Below are positions 8,832 through 18,110 of a stretch of DNA of 64,000 nt, piece after piece (within the stretch, counting starts at the first letter, position 1; every line of letters begins with the position of its first letter). The DNA is from Caulobacteraceae bacterium (lineage in GTDB: Bacteria > Pseudomonadota > Alphaproteobacteria > Caulobacterales > Caulobacteraceae): positions 1,793-65,792 of the forward strand of contig CANJRI010000006.1 in the NCBI GenBank assembly GCA_947476555.1, given 5' to 3'. The translations under genes and the position numbers were made by a program. The notes below the pieces were generated by a model. That model saw nothing but the letters and a program-made list of their open reading frames with translations, made no database searches and was not told where the DNA came from.

Positions 8832-10591
8832 GCGGCCGGTTCCAGATCCTGGCTCCGGGCGAGGCGCGCATAGAGCCCCCGCTTGCGGATCAATCCCGCG
8901 TGGTCGCCGGTCTCGACGATCCGGCCCTTGTCGATCACGTGGATGCGGTCGGCGCCGCGCACGGTGGACAGGCGGTGGGCGATCAGGATCACCGTGCGTC
9001 CCGCCATCAGCCGTTTGAGGGCCGCCTGCACCTGGGCTTCGCTCTCCGTGTCGAGGGCGCTGGTGGCTTCGTCCAGCAACAGGATCGGGGCGTCCTTGAG
9101 GAAGGCCCGCGCGATGGCGATCCGCTGGCGTTGGCCGCCGGAGAGCCGGGCGCCAGCCTCGCCCACCGTGGCGCTGTAGCCCCCGGGCAGGGTGGTGATG
9201 AAGTCGTGCGCGGCGGCGGCGCGGGCGGCGGCCTCGACCTCCGCGTCCGTCGCCTCTGGGCGCGCATAGGCGATGTTGGCGCGGATGGTCTCGTCGAACA
9301 GGAACGGCTCCTGGGTGACCAAGGCGATCTGATCGCGCAGAGAGGCGAGGCCGACGTCGCGCACGTCATGGCCGTCGATGGTCACCCGGCCGCGGATGGG
9401 ATCGTAGAAGCGCGGGATCAGGCCGAGGATCGTGGTCTTGCCGCCGCCTGAAGGCCCGACCAGGGCCACCGTCTCGCCCCGGCGGACCTCGAAATCTATG
9501 CCGGTGAGGGTCGCCGCGTCGCCGTAGGCGAACGAGACCTTCTCGAAGCGGATGGTGGCCGCGCCGCGGGGCAGGACGGCGGCGCCCGGCGCCTCGCGCA
9601 CCTGCGGCTCCACATCGAGGGCGGCGAACAGCCGCCGGGCCGCCGAGACGCCCTCGGCCATCACGGTCTGCAGGTTGGAGAGCTGGCGCAAGGACTGGGA
9701 CGCCACGCCCAGGGCGGCGATGAAGGCCACGAACGCGCCCACGGTCATCGCCCCCTGCTGGGAGCGCCAGCCGGCGTAGGCGATCACCGCGGCGGTGATC
9801 AGGGTCATCACCAGCTCGGTGGAAGGGGCGGCCAGGGCCCGGGCGTTGGCGCCCTTGGTCAGGTGGCCCTGCCGGCGGCGGACGACCTCGGCGACCCGGT
9901 CCTCCTCGTAAGCCTCGCGGTTCTCCAGCTTGACGACCCGAACCCCGTCCAGGCTCTCCATGATCGCGGTGGACAGCGCCGAGGTCTCGACCATGGCGCC
10001 CTTGGCGGCCTTGGTGGTCCGGCGGGAGAAGCGTCGCATGATCCAGGCCGTGAGCGGCATGGCGACAATGAGCACCACCGAGAGGGCGCGGTCGTTGCCG
10101 ACCATCACGGTGATGGCGCCGATGACGATCAAGAGGTGCTGGACGTAGTTGATGATGCCGCTGGTGGCCGCTTCGCGGATCAGGCCGGCGTCATAGACCA
10201 GCGACGAAACGAAGCTGCCCGAATGCTGGCTCCGCAGGCGGGCGAGGTCCGATCGCACCAGGCGGCCGAACAGCTGCACCTGCACGTCCGCCACCACGGC
10301 GTTGCCCATTCGGTTGACCAGGGTGGCCTGGACGACCTGGGCGATGGTGCGGCCGATGGCGTAGGCCGCGATGGTGAGGGGCAGCACCACGAGCATGCCG
10401 GGCTTGTGGCGCACCATCAGGTCGTTGGTGGCCGGCTCCAGGATCTGCACCAGCATGGTTGTGAACCAGGCCCCGGCGATCCCGGCCAGCAGGGCCAGGG
10501 CCCACGGCCCCCAGCGCGGCGCCACATAGGCGCGGGCGATCCGCGCGATCACCTCGCGGGCGGAGGGCTCGGGCGTTGCGGCCTCGCTCAT
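8828..10591 (-). CDS. msbA: MsbA-like lipid A ABC exporter
   Basis: N-terminal TM domain, Walker A GPSGGGKT, LSGGQRQRIAIARA, LLLDEATSALD; lipid A gene context; start moved to ATG 10591. Confidence 0.88.
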   Translation of the reverse strand: MSEAATPEPSAREVIARIARAYVAPRWGPWALALLAGIAGAWFTTMLVQILEPATNDLMVRHKPGMLVVLPLTIAAYAIGRTIAQVVQATLVNRMGNAVVADVQVQLFGRLVRSDLARLRSQHSGSFVSSLVYDAGLIREAATSGIINYVQHLLIVIGAITVMVGNDRALSVVLIVAMPLTAWIMRRFSRRTTKAAKGAMVETSALSTAIMESLDGVRVVKLENREAYEEDRVAEVVRRRQGHLTKGANARALAAPSTELVMTLITAAVIAYAGWRSQQGAMTVGAFVAFIAALGVASQSLRQLSNLQTVMAEGVSAARRLFAALDVEPQVREAPGAAVLPRGAATIRFEKVSFAYGDAATLTGIDFEVRRGETVALVGPSGGGKTTILGLIPRFYDPIRGRVTIDGHDVRDVGLASLRDQIALVTQEPFLFDETIRANIAYARPEATDAEVEAAARAAAAHDFITTLPGGYSATVGEAGARLSGGQRQRIAIARAFLKDAPILLLDEATSALDTESEAQVQAALKRLMAGRTVILIAHRLSTVRGADRIHVIDKGRIVETGDHAGLIRKRGLYARLARSQDLEPAA

Positions 10592-10643
10592 GGGCCTGGG
10601 ATCGGACGTTGCGGGCGCAAGGTCAAGCACCCTACTTAGGCTC

Positions 10644-11327
10644 ATGACTGCCGACCCTGCCCGGGCCCGATTCGATCTCGCCACGCCGGCCGGGCGGACG
10701 CGGGCCTATCTGGACTACCTGTGGAACGACCACGCCTATCTCCGGCTGGGCTTCTCCAACGCCCACTGGATCAGCGAGGAGCTGGTCAGGACCAACCAGC
10801 CCTGGCCGCATCAGCTGGCCGAGTGGAAACGGCGCGGAATCCGCACGGTGATCAACCTTCGCGGCGGCTTCGACGCCAGCTTTCACGCCCTGGAGAAGGA
10901 CGCCTGCGAGCGCCTGGGGCTGGAGATGGTGGATTTCACCATCACCTCGCGCGAGGTCCCGTCGAGGGATCGCGTCCTGGGCGCCCAGCGATTGTTCGAG
11001 ACCATCGCCTACCCGGCCCTGATGCACTGCAAGTCGGGCGCGGACCGGGCCGGGATCATGAGCGTGCTCTACATGCACTTCCGCAAGGGCAAGACCATCC
11101 GCGAGGCCATGGACCAGCTGCACCTGCGCTACCTGCATGTCCGCCAGGGCAAGACCGGGGTGCTGGACTACACCTTCGAGCGCCATCTCGAGGAGGGCGA
11201 GCCCGCCGGCATGAGCTTCACCGAGTGGGTGAAGAGCCCGATGTACGACCCGGCCGGCATGAAGGCGAAGTTCCGGGCGGGCATGCTGGGCTCGGTGCTG
11301 ACCGAGAAGCTGCTGCGCCGAGAGTGA
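10644..11327 (+). CDS. ctpA: CX5R tyrosine-phosphatase-like protein, probable orthologue of Caulobacter CtpA
   Basis: P-loop HCKSGADRAG; divergent from msbA-DUF374-waaA-lpxK, as known for C. crescentus ctpA. Confidence 0.82.
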   Translation: MTADPARARFDLATPAGRTRAYLDYLWNDHAYLRLGFSNAHWISEELVRTNQPWPHQLAEWKRRGIRTVINLRGGFDASFHALEKDACERLGLEMVDFTITSREVPSRDRVLGAQRLFETIAYPALMHCKSGADRAGIMSVLYMHFRKGKTIREAMDQLHLRYLHVRQGKTGVLDYTFERHLEEGEPAGMSFTEWVKSPMYDPAGMKAKFRAGMLGSVLTEKLLRRE

Positions 11328-11555
11328 TCAGGCGTCCTTGCCCGGGTCCAGCAGCTTGTGCGCGTGGATGATGAAGTAGCGCATCAGGGCGTTGTCCACC
11401 GTCGACTGGGCCTTGGCGCGCCAGGCGAGCAGCGCGGATGCGTAATCGGGATAGGCCCCGACGAAGTCCACCTTCGAGAGATCGCGGAACTGGATGTGCT
11501 CCAGGTTGGCCAGTTCGCCACCGATGACCAGGTGGAGGAGTTGCTTGTCCGACAT
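11328..11555 (-). CDS. DUF4170 small protein
   Basis: MSDKQLLHLVIGGEL...VGAYPDYASALLAWRAKAQSTVDNALMRYFIIH, typical of the family. Confidence 0.8.
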   Translation of the reverse strand: MSDKQLLHLVIGGELANLEHIQFRDLSKVDFVGAYPDYASALLAWRAKAQSTVDNALMRYFIIHAHKLLDPGKDA

Positions 11556-11574
11556 GAGTCTTCTTGTGCTGAGG

Positions 11575-12366
11575 TTAGGTGGGAAGGGCGATATGCCCAA
11601 CCCGCGCCAGGATCAATGGGGCGAGCGCCGGGGTGGCGCAGACCAGGCTGGCCTGCAAGGGCGATGGGCGATTGTAGGTGAAGGCCGCGCCGGTGTGGTC
11701 GCCGACGAAGCCGCCGGCCTCATGCACGATCAAATCCGCGGCGGCCAGGTCCCAATCGTGCTTGGGGACGGGCGCGAGGGCGGCGTCGAAATCTCCCGAG
11801 GCCACCAGGCACATGCGGTAGGCGGTCGAATTGCGCTGCTCGATCCGCATGGGGGGCCAGGGTTCCGGCCAATTTCGGTGGAGAAAGGTCTTGGGGTCGC
11901 CGGCCATCCGGCAATCCGCCAGCCCGGTCGTGAGGCTGACCCCGATCGGGGCGTCGTTCAGGGTGGCCCCGCTCCCCGCGATCGCGGCGTAGGTCTCGTC
12001 GAACTCAGGCGCGAACACCACGCCGGCCACGGGACGTCCGTCCTCGACCACCGCCAGTGAGATCGCCCACCACGGGCGGTCATTGAGGAACGCCCGGGTC
12101 CCGTCGATGGGATCGACCACGAACACCCTGCGCCGGGTGAGGCGCTCTGGATCGTCGGCGGTTTCCTCCGACAGCCAGCCGTAGTCGGGGCGCGCGCCCC
12201 GTAGCCGGCCGGTCAACAGGGCGTCGGCGGCCAGGTCGGCGTCGGTGACAGGCGATCCGCCGTCCTTGTAGTTGATGGTCAGGCCCGCGCGGCGCATCCG
12301 CCAAGCCAGGGCGCCGGCCTCGCGGGCGGCGTCCCGCAGCAGGGCGAGATCGGCCTCCAGGGTCAT
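11575..12366 (-). CDS. Inositol monophosphatase family / CysQ-like 3'(2'),5'-bisphosphate nucleotidase
   Basis: SPVTDAD, WLSEE, VDPIDGT, WDLAAADLI. Confidence 0.88.
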   Translation of the reverse strand: MTLEADLALLRDAAREAGALAWRMRRAGLTINYKDGGSPVTDADLAADALLTGRLRGARPDYGWLSEETADDPERLTRRRVFVVDPIDGTRAFLNDRPWWAISLAVVEDGRPVAGVVFAPEFDETYAAIAGSGATLNDAPIGVSLTTGLADCRMAGDPKTFLHRNWPEPWPPMRIEQRNSTAYRMCLVASGDFDAALAPVPKHDWDLAAADLIVHEAGGFVGDHTGAAFTYNRPSPLQASLVCATPALAPLILARVGHIALPT

Positions 12367-13694
12367 TTCCCGGCGATCGCCAGGGCGTCGACCAGCAGCG
12401 ATGGGGAATTGGAGGAGCCGCGGATCTCCAGGTCGGAGCCGGGGACGACCCGCTGGAAGATATCCAGCAGATTGCCGGCCACGGTGATCTCGTTGACCGG
12501 ATAGGCGATCTCCCCGTCCTCGAACCAGAAGCCCGAGCAGCCCACCGACCAGTCGCCGGTGTTGGGGTTCAGGGAGGGTCCGAACATCGAATTGATCAGC
12601 AGGCCCGCCCCGGCGTCCCGCATCAGTCCCGCCAGGTCCCGCTCGCCCGGCTGGACGGTGAGGTTGGTGGTGGACACGCCCGGCGGCCCGGCCAGCCCCC
12701 GGGACGCGTGGCCGGTGGTCTTGAGGCCCAGTTGGCGGGCGGACGACGAATTCAGCAGCCAGGTGGTCAGCACCCCGTCGTCCACGATGTTCCGGGTCCG
12801 GTTGGCGACCCCTTCGTCGTCGAACGGTGAGGAGCCAAGGCCGCGCAGCCGATGCGGCTCGTCCGTGACCGTCATGCCCCGCGCAAAGACCTGCTGGCCG
12901 AGCTTGTCCTTCAGGAACGAGACGCCGCGGGCGATGGCCGGCCCAGCGATGGCGCCCACCAGGGGACTGATGATCGAGGCGGCCATGCGGTTCTCGAAGA
13001 TCACCGGGGCGGTCGTCGAGGCGATCTTGCGGGCCCCCAGCCGGCTGGCCGCCCGGCGGCCGGCCTCGGCGCCCAGGCTATCTGGCGCGGGCAGGTCCGA
13101 CTGCCAACGGGTGGTGCGCCCGTCGTAGCCGGTTTCCATGCCCGATCCTTCGCCGGCGATCGCCGAGGCGCTGATCGAAAAGCCGGTGGCCTTGTGCACG
13201 CCGGAAAACCCGCCGCTGGTCACGAAGGCCCAGTGGGAGGACGACCAGGAGCCGGATGCGCCGTCGCTGTTGGTCACCTTCGGCGCTGCGCGGGCGGCGG
13301 CCTCGGCGGTCCGGGCGCGGTCCTCAAGCGCTTCGGCGGAGGGCTCGGCCGGGTCGTAGAGGTCGAGGTCGGGCCTGGGCCCGCGGGCCAGCCCGTCCGG
13401 GTCGGCGAGTCCGGCATAGGGATCCTCCGGCGCCAGCCGGGCCATAGCCACGACGCGCTCCACGAGCCGGTCGCGCGCGCCCTGGGAGATGTCGGAACCG
13501 GATACCGAGGCCTGGCGTCGGCCGACGAAGACCCGCAGGCCCAGGTCCCGGGACTCCTCCCGCTCGACTTCCTCCAGCTCGCCCATGCGCACGCTGACGG
13601 AGAGGCTGCGCCGTTCGGCGCCTACCGCTTCGGCGGCGTCGGCTCCGGCCTTGAGCGCAGCGGCGACGACGTCGTTCAACAGGTTTTCGTCCAT
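12363..13694 (-). CDS. pmbA: TldE/PmbA metalloprotease partner
   Basis: LGLRVFVGRR, SPFDDEG, LLNSSSARQLG, NPNTGDWSVG, VNEITVAGNL. Confidence 0.92.
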   Translation of the reverse strand: MDENLLNDVVAAALKAGADAAEAVGAERRSLSVSVRMGELEEVEREESRDLGLRVFVGRRQASVSGSDISQGARDRLVERVVAMARLAPEDPYAGLADPDGLARGPRPDLDLYDPAEPSAEALEDRARTAEAAARAAPKVTNSDGASGSWSSSHWAFVTSGGFSGVHKATGFSISASAIAGEGSGMETGYDGRTTRWQSDLPAPDSLGAEAGRRAASRLGARKIASTTAPVIFENRMAASIISPLVGAIAGPAIARGVSFLKDKLGQQVFARGMTVTDEPHRLRGLGSSPFDDEGVANRTRNIVDDGVLTTWLLNSSSARQLGLKTTGHASRGLAGPPGVSTTNLTVQPGERDLAGLMRDAGAGLLINSMFGPSLNPNTGDWSVGCSGFWFEDGEIAYPVNEITVAGNLLDIFQRVVPGSDLEIRGSSNSPSLLVDALAIAGK

Positions 13695-13740
13695 CCGGGC
13701 CATATGGCGGACGGCGACGGCGCGAACAAGGCGCAGCAGT

Positions 13741-14148
13741 CTAGGGTATGGCGAAGAACAGCAGCGCGGCCGCGAGCGCGACGTAGGCGGTCCAGGTGGC
13801 CAGGACCCCATAGGTGCGCCACCAGGAGACCCCGCCGGAGCGGGAAACGCCGACGGCGTGCAGCACCCGGCCGGCGAACAGCACCAGTCCCAGAGGGTGG
13901 ATCACCATCGGCGGGGCGCCCGCGAAAGCCAGGATGCCCAGGCCGATCAGCGCGGTGGGGATGTATTCCGTGGCGTTGCCGAAGGCGCGGATCGCCTGGC
14001 TGAGCTGCGGTATGCCGCCGTCGCCGAGGCCGACCTTGTGACGCCGGCGTTGCCGGGTCACCAGCACCGACAGCACCAGCAGCAGGATGACGTGCAGCCC
14101 GGCCCAGAGGGCGGCGGCTTGGGCGGACGCGGGAAGCTCCATGGCCAC
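13741..14148 (-). CDS. MAPEG family membrane protein
   Basis: IRAFGNATEYIP and LFAGRVLHA; four hydrophobic segments. Confidence 0.88.
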   Translation of the reverse strand: MAMELPASAQAAALWAGLHVILLLVLSVLVTRQRRRHKVGLGDGGIPQLSQAIRAFGNATEYIPTALIGLGILAFAGAPPMVIHPLGLVLFAGRVLHAVGVSRSGGVSWWRTYGVLATWTAYVALAAALLFFAIP

Positions 14149-14221
14149 GAACTTGCTGACGTTTTTGGCGGCGAGGCAAGTATTCCCTCGCCTCCCTTCG
14201 CAGCGTTCGGGGAGAGGGCCC

Positions 14222-15727
14222 CTACGGCAACCCCAGCCGCGCCCACTTCTCCGTCACCGCCTCGACCACGGCGGGATCCATCTCGATCAGCCGGCCCCAC
14301 TCGCGCTTGGTCTCGGGCGGCCATTTGTTGGTGGCGTCGAGGCCGATCTTGGAGCCCAGGCCGCTCTCCGGCGAGGCGAAGTCCAGGTAGTCGATGGGGG
14401 TCGATTCCACGACGGTGATGTCGCGCGCCGGGTCCATGCGGGTGGAGATCGCCCACATGACGTCCTTCCAGTCGCGGGCGTTGATGTCGTCGTCCACGAC
14501 GATCACCCACTTGGTGTACATGAACTGGCGAAGGTAGCTCCAGACGCCCATCATCACGCGCTTGGCGTGGCCGGCGTAGGCCTTCTTCATGGAGACCACG
14601 GCGATCCGGTAGGAACAGCCCTCCGGCGGGAGCCAGAAGTCGATGATCTCCGGGAACTGCTGGCGCAGCAGCGGGATGAAGACCTCGTTCAGCGCCTCCC
14701 CCAGGATCGAGGGCTCGTCCGGCGGCCGGCCGGTGTAGGTGGTCAGGTAGATGGGGTCCTTCCGCATGGTGACGGCGGTCACCTGGAAGATCGGGAAGGG
14801 CTCCACCGAGTTGTAGTAGCCGGTGTGGTCGCCGTAGGGCCCCTCGTCGGCATATTCGTCCAGCAGGACGTGGCCCTCCAGCACGATCTCGGCCTGGGCC
14901 GGGACCATCAGCGGCACGGTCTTGGCCGGGACCAGCTCGACCTTTGATCCCCGGAGCAGCCCCGCGAACTGGTATTCCGAAAGCGTCTCGGGCACGGGGG
15001 TGACGGCCGCCAGGATGGTCCCCGGGTCGGCGCCGATCACCGCGCACGCCGGCAGTGGCTCGCGCTTGCCGGCGCCCTTCCACCGGCGGTGGTGCTGGGC
15101 CCCGCCCCGGTGCGCCAGCCAGCGCATGATGGTGCGGTCCTTGCCGATCACCTGCATGCGGTAGATGCCGAGGTTGTAGTCGTCCTCGCGGTCGGTCGAC
15201 GGGCCCTTGGTGACCACCAGCGGCCAGGTGATCAGCGGCGCCGGCTCGCCCGGCCAGCAGGTCTGGACGGGCAGCTGGGTCAGATCGATGTCGTCGCCCT
15301 TGAGCACCACCTCCTGGACGGGGCCCGACTTCCTGACCTGCGGCCGCATGGCCATCACGGTCTTGGCCAGGGGCAGCATCTCCATGGCGTCCTTCAGGTC
15401 GCCCGGCGGAGTGGGGTTGCGCAGGAAGGCCAGCAACTCGCCCACTTCGCGCAGGTCGGCCGCCGTGGAGCGTTCGCGGCCCTCCAGCGTCACGCCCATC
15501 GCCACGCGCTTGACGGTCCCGAACAGGTTGACGAGGCAGGGCATGGCCGAGCGCTGGCCGTCGGCGCGGATGACGTGCTCGAACAGGATCGCCGGCCCGC
15601 CCTTGGCCAGGACCCGCCGCTGGATCTCGGTCATCTCCAGCACCGAGGAAACGGGTTCGCTGACGCGCACCAGCTCGCCGGCGGCTTCCAGCTTGGCGAT
15701 GAACTCACGGAGCGAGCGATAGGCCAT
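14222..15727 (-). CDS. ubiD: UbiD family prFMN-dependent decarboxylase
   Basis: [40 protein letters not shown]. Confidence 0.95.
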   Translation of the reverse strand: MAYRSLREFIAKLEAAGELVRVSEPVSSVLEMTEIQRRVLAKGGPAILFEHVIRADGQRSAMPCLVNLFGTVKRVAMGVTLEGRERSTAADLREVGELLAFLRNPTPPGDLKDAMEMLPLAKTVMAMRPQVRKSGPVQEVVLKGDDIDLTQLPVQTCWPGEPAPLITWPLVVTKGPSTDREDDYNLGIYRMQVIGKDRTIMRWLAHRGGAQHHRRWKGAGKREPLPACAVIGADPGTILAAVTPVPETLSEYQFAGLLRGSKVELVPAKTVPLMVPAQAEIVLEGHVLLDEYADEGPYGDHTGYYNSVEPFPIFQVTAVTMRKDPIYLTTYTGRPPDEPSILGEALNEVFIPLLRQQFPEIIDFWLPPEGCSYRIAVVSMKKAYAGHAKRVMMGVWSYLRQFMYTKWVIVVDDDINARDWKDVMWAISTRMDPARDITVVESTPIDYLDFASPESGLGSKIGLDATNKWPPETKREWGRLIEMDPAVVEAVTEKWARLGLP

Positions 15728-15767
15728 GGCGCTCCCTAGAGCCTGACAGCCGGGAGTGGAAGCCGGT

Positions 15768-15837
15768 TCCGGTAGTTCTCCCAGGCGGGCGCTCGCCTAC
15801 GTAGTTCGCGAAAGCGCCGATACCTAGTTCTCCGAAG
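15768..15837. promoter_or_regulatory. Three TAGTTC-centred repeats in the ubiD / wHTH-gene intergenic region
   Basis: TCCGGTA-GTTC-TCCCAGG (15768), CTACGTA-GTTC-GCGAAAG (15797), ATACCTA-GTTC-TCCGAAG (15820). Confidence 0.4.
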
Positions 15838-15938
15838 CTCCCAGAAAGGCGGCCGCGACATATTATTCCTCACAGACGCATTGCGGCTCGGCCGGAAGTA
15901 CCTTCCGGTTTGAGCATCGCCTCAAAGGTGGAAGTGCT

Positions 15939-16880
15939 GTGAACGGCTCACTGACGCCCAGAACCGATCTACCGGCGACCCTCCTGCGGGATCGGACGCT
16001 CGGACGAGCGTCGATCCGCTTCCTGATGGGCCAGGTGACCACCGGCATGGAGGGCCTGAACCCGCGCGACGTGGTGCTGATGCTGGCGATCAATCAGGCC
16101 AACATCGCCCCGCTGACCCGCGACCCCGCGGCCCGCCAGCGCTATGGCGCGCTCGAGGCGCCCGCGCCGGACGCCGAGCGGCGGCCGGTGAGCATCAACG
16201 CCATCGCCGCCTCCCTGCGGACCCCGTTCGAGACCGTGCGCCGCCATATCCACCGCATGGAGGCGCTGGGGGTCTGCGTCACCAGCAAGGACGGCGTCGT
16301 GGTTCCCCAGTCGTTCCTATCCTCCCCCGGCTACCTGCGAAGCGTGCTGGAGAGCCACCAGGGCCTGTGCGAATTCTACTATGGGGCGCGGGGCGACGGC
16401 CTCCTGGGTCATCTTCCCGCCTCCAACTTCCCCTGGGACGGGGAGGTGCCGATCCGCGCGGCCGCGCGGTTGCTTTCGGACTATCTGCTCAGGACATCCG
16501 AACTGGTCATGGCGGGCATCGCCGACGATGTGGTTTCGATGCTGGTCCTCTGCGGCGTGCTGGACGCCAGCCTCGACCGGCTGGTGAACGGGCCGGCGGA
16601 CGCGCCCTACAAGGGCGTCGGGATCGCCGCGCTCTCGCGGCGTTTGCAGATACCCGACGAAACCCTGCGCCGCCACGCCGAGCGGCTCATCGACCAGGGC
16701 CGTCTCGCGCGGTTCGGCCGCGAGCTGGTGGTCACCGAGGAGATCGTCTCCGGGCCGGTGATGGCCGAGTTCCTGCGCCAGAACACCATCAATGTTCGAC
16801 GGCTGTTCACCGGCCTCGCCGAGCGGGGGGTGATCGAGGCCTGGGACCGCATCGGGGCGGCGCAACGCATCCGCGCCTAG
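15939..16880 (+). CDS. Uncharacterised protein made of two tandem winged-helix-like modules
   Basis: RPVSINAIAASLRTPFETVRRHIHRMEALG and KGVGIAALSRRLQIPDETLRRHAERLIDQG align to each other; GTG start. Confidence 0.7.
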   Translation: MNGSLTPRTDLPATLLRDRTLGRASIRFLMGQVTTGMEGLNPRDVVLMLAINQANIAPLTRDPAARQRYGALEAPAPDAERRPVSINAIAASLRTPFETVRRHIHRMEALGVCVTSKDGVVVPQSFLSSPGYLRSVLESHQGLCEFYYGARGDGLLGHLPASNFPWDGEVPIRAAARLLSDYLLRTSELVMAGIADDVVSMLVLCGVLDASLDRLVNGPADAPYKGVGIAALSRRLQIPDETLRRHAERLIDQGRLARFGRELVVTEEIVSGPVMAEFLRQNTINVRRLFTGLAERGVIEAWDRIGAAQRIRA

Positions 16881-17005
16881 CGACCTGTGGGAGGGCCACC
16901 TTCACAAGGAGGTGACAGCCACGCCGGAGACGCAACCACCGATTGCCGGGCGGGTTGATCACGCTATAGTTGATCAATCCCCATTATCCCGGTGTGATAG
17001 CGCCC

Positions 17006-17635
17006 ATGCCAGCGTCGCAACCCAACAGCTTTGTCCACGTCATCGACGACGACGAAGCGGTCCGTGATTCCCTGGCGGCCCTGCTGGATTCGGCGGGCAT
17101 GGAAGTGCGGACCTACGCCTCGGCGGGTGATTTCCTGGCCAGGGGCGCCTCGGCCGAGGCGGGCTGCGTGGTCACCGACGTGCGCATGCCGGAGATCACC
17201 GGCCTGGAATTGCTGCGTCACCTCAACGAGCGGGGTGCGCGCTTTCCGGTCATCGTGCTCACCGGCGAGGCGGACGTGCCGATGGCGGTGGAAGCGCTCA
17301 AGCGAGGCGCCTCCGATTTCATCGAGAAGCCCTTCAACGATGACGTGATCCTGGACGCCACCCGGGCCGCGCTGCTGCGCATGGAAGGCGATGCGCAGCG
17401 CAGCGAGGAGGCGCAGGACGCGGCCGACAAGATCGCTCTGCTTTCGAGCCGCGAGCGCGAGGTGCTCACCGGACTGGTGGCCGGGAGGTCAAACAAGATT
17501 ATCGCCCTCGATCTTGGCATCAGCCCGCGCACCGTCGAGGTCTACCGGGCCAACATCATGAGCAAGACCCACGCCGACAGCCTGTCGGACCTGGTGAAGA
17601 TGGCGCTGCTGTCGCAAGCGAGCGCGCCCGCCTAA
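17006..17635 (+). CDS. FixJ/NarL-type response regulator (receiver plus LuxR HTH)
   Basis: VIDDDEAVRDSL, TDVRMP, FIEKPF, LSSREREVL...SNKIIALDLGISPRTVEVYRANIMSK. Not called fixJ because no fixL is adjacent. Confidence 0.92.
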   Translation: MPASQPNSFVHVIDDDEAVRDSLAALLDSAGMEVRTYASAGDFLARGASAEAGCVVTDVRMPEITGLELLRHLNERGARFPVIVLTGEADVPMAVEALKRGASDFIEKPFNDDVILDATRAALLRMEGDAQRSEEAQDAADKIALLSSREREVLTGLVAGRSNKIIALDLGISPRTVEVYRANIMSKTHADSLSDLVKMALLSQASAPA

Positions 17636-17985
17636 CGAAAGACGCTCCGCACGGTCGCCACGATGGCGTCCGGATCGAAAGGCTTCTCGATGAAGACCGC
17701 GGTGTTGCGGGCCGCCTCCGCCGCCATGGTGGGGTCCGGCCGGCCGGTCATCACGATCACCGGGACGTTGGCGCCTTGGTCGCGCAGTCGCCGCAGCAGC
17801 TCCAATCCCGAAATGCCAGGCATCTGCACATCGGTGAGCACGCAGCCGTCGTCAGGCAGCAAGCCGTCGAGGAAAGCCTGGGCCGAGCCATAGGCCTTCA
17901 CCGCGAAGTCCTCGCTCTCCAACAGGCAAGTCAGGGAGTCGCGAACCGCGTCGTTGTCATCGATGATGTGGACGAAGGGCGCCAT
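17632..17985 (-). CDS. Single-domain response regulator (receiver only)
   Basis: C-terminal 117 aa of ORF 17632-18714: MAPFVHIIDDND, LTDVQMP, MTG, FIEKPF; all phosphorylation-pocket residues retained. Confidence 0.85.
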   Translation of the reverse strand: MAPFVHIIDDNDAVRDSLTCLLESEDFAVKAYGSAQAFLDGLLPDDGCVLTDVQMPGISGLELLRRLRDQGANVPVIVMTGRPDPTMAAEAARNTAVFIEKPFDPDAIVATVRSVFR

Positions 17986-18085
17986 ATCGGGCCGGTGTGC
18001 CTTGCTGGACGTCGCCGAGGACTCGGGGCGTACCATCCAAAGCTGGTACGCGGATTGGCCTGCGAAGGAAATTCCGGTCGTTGCC

Positions 18086-18103
18086 CTAGGGAAGGTTACG
18101 TAG
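18086..18103. promoter_or_regulatory. 7-4-7 pseudo-palindrome, putative transcription-factor site
   Basis: CTAGGGA-AGGT-TACGTAG about 100 bp upstream of the receiver-only gene; near-identical copy at 18803. Confidence 0.55.
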
Positions 18104-18110
18104 ACCATCG

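Noticed and set aside
14170-14192. Inverted repeat GGCGAGG-N9-CCTCGCC between ubiD and MAPEG
   Set aside because: Single occurrence with no U-tract on the transcribed strand; cannot distinguish an operator from chance.
15766-15830. GTTC repeats as a LexA (SOS) box
   Set aside because: Spacers are 5 nt or over 18 nt, not the required GTTC-N7-GTTC.
16906-16916. Perfect Shine-Dalgarno AAGGAGGTGA suggesting a hidden small ORF
   Set aside because: No suitably spaced start codon follows, and it forms one arm of a short CACCT/AGGTG hairpin after the wHTH gene.
16955-16977. TTGATCAC-N7-TTGATCAA upstream of the FixJ-type gene as an FNR/FixK box
   Set aside because: It does not fit TTGAT-N4-ATCAA spacing. 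It might be another site, but there is only one occurrence and no support.
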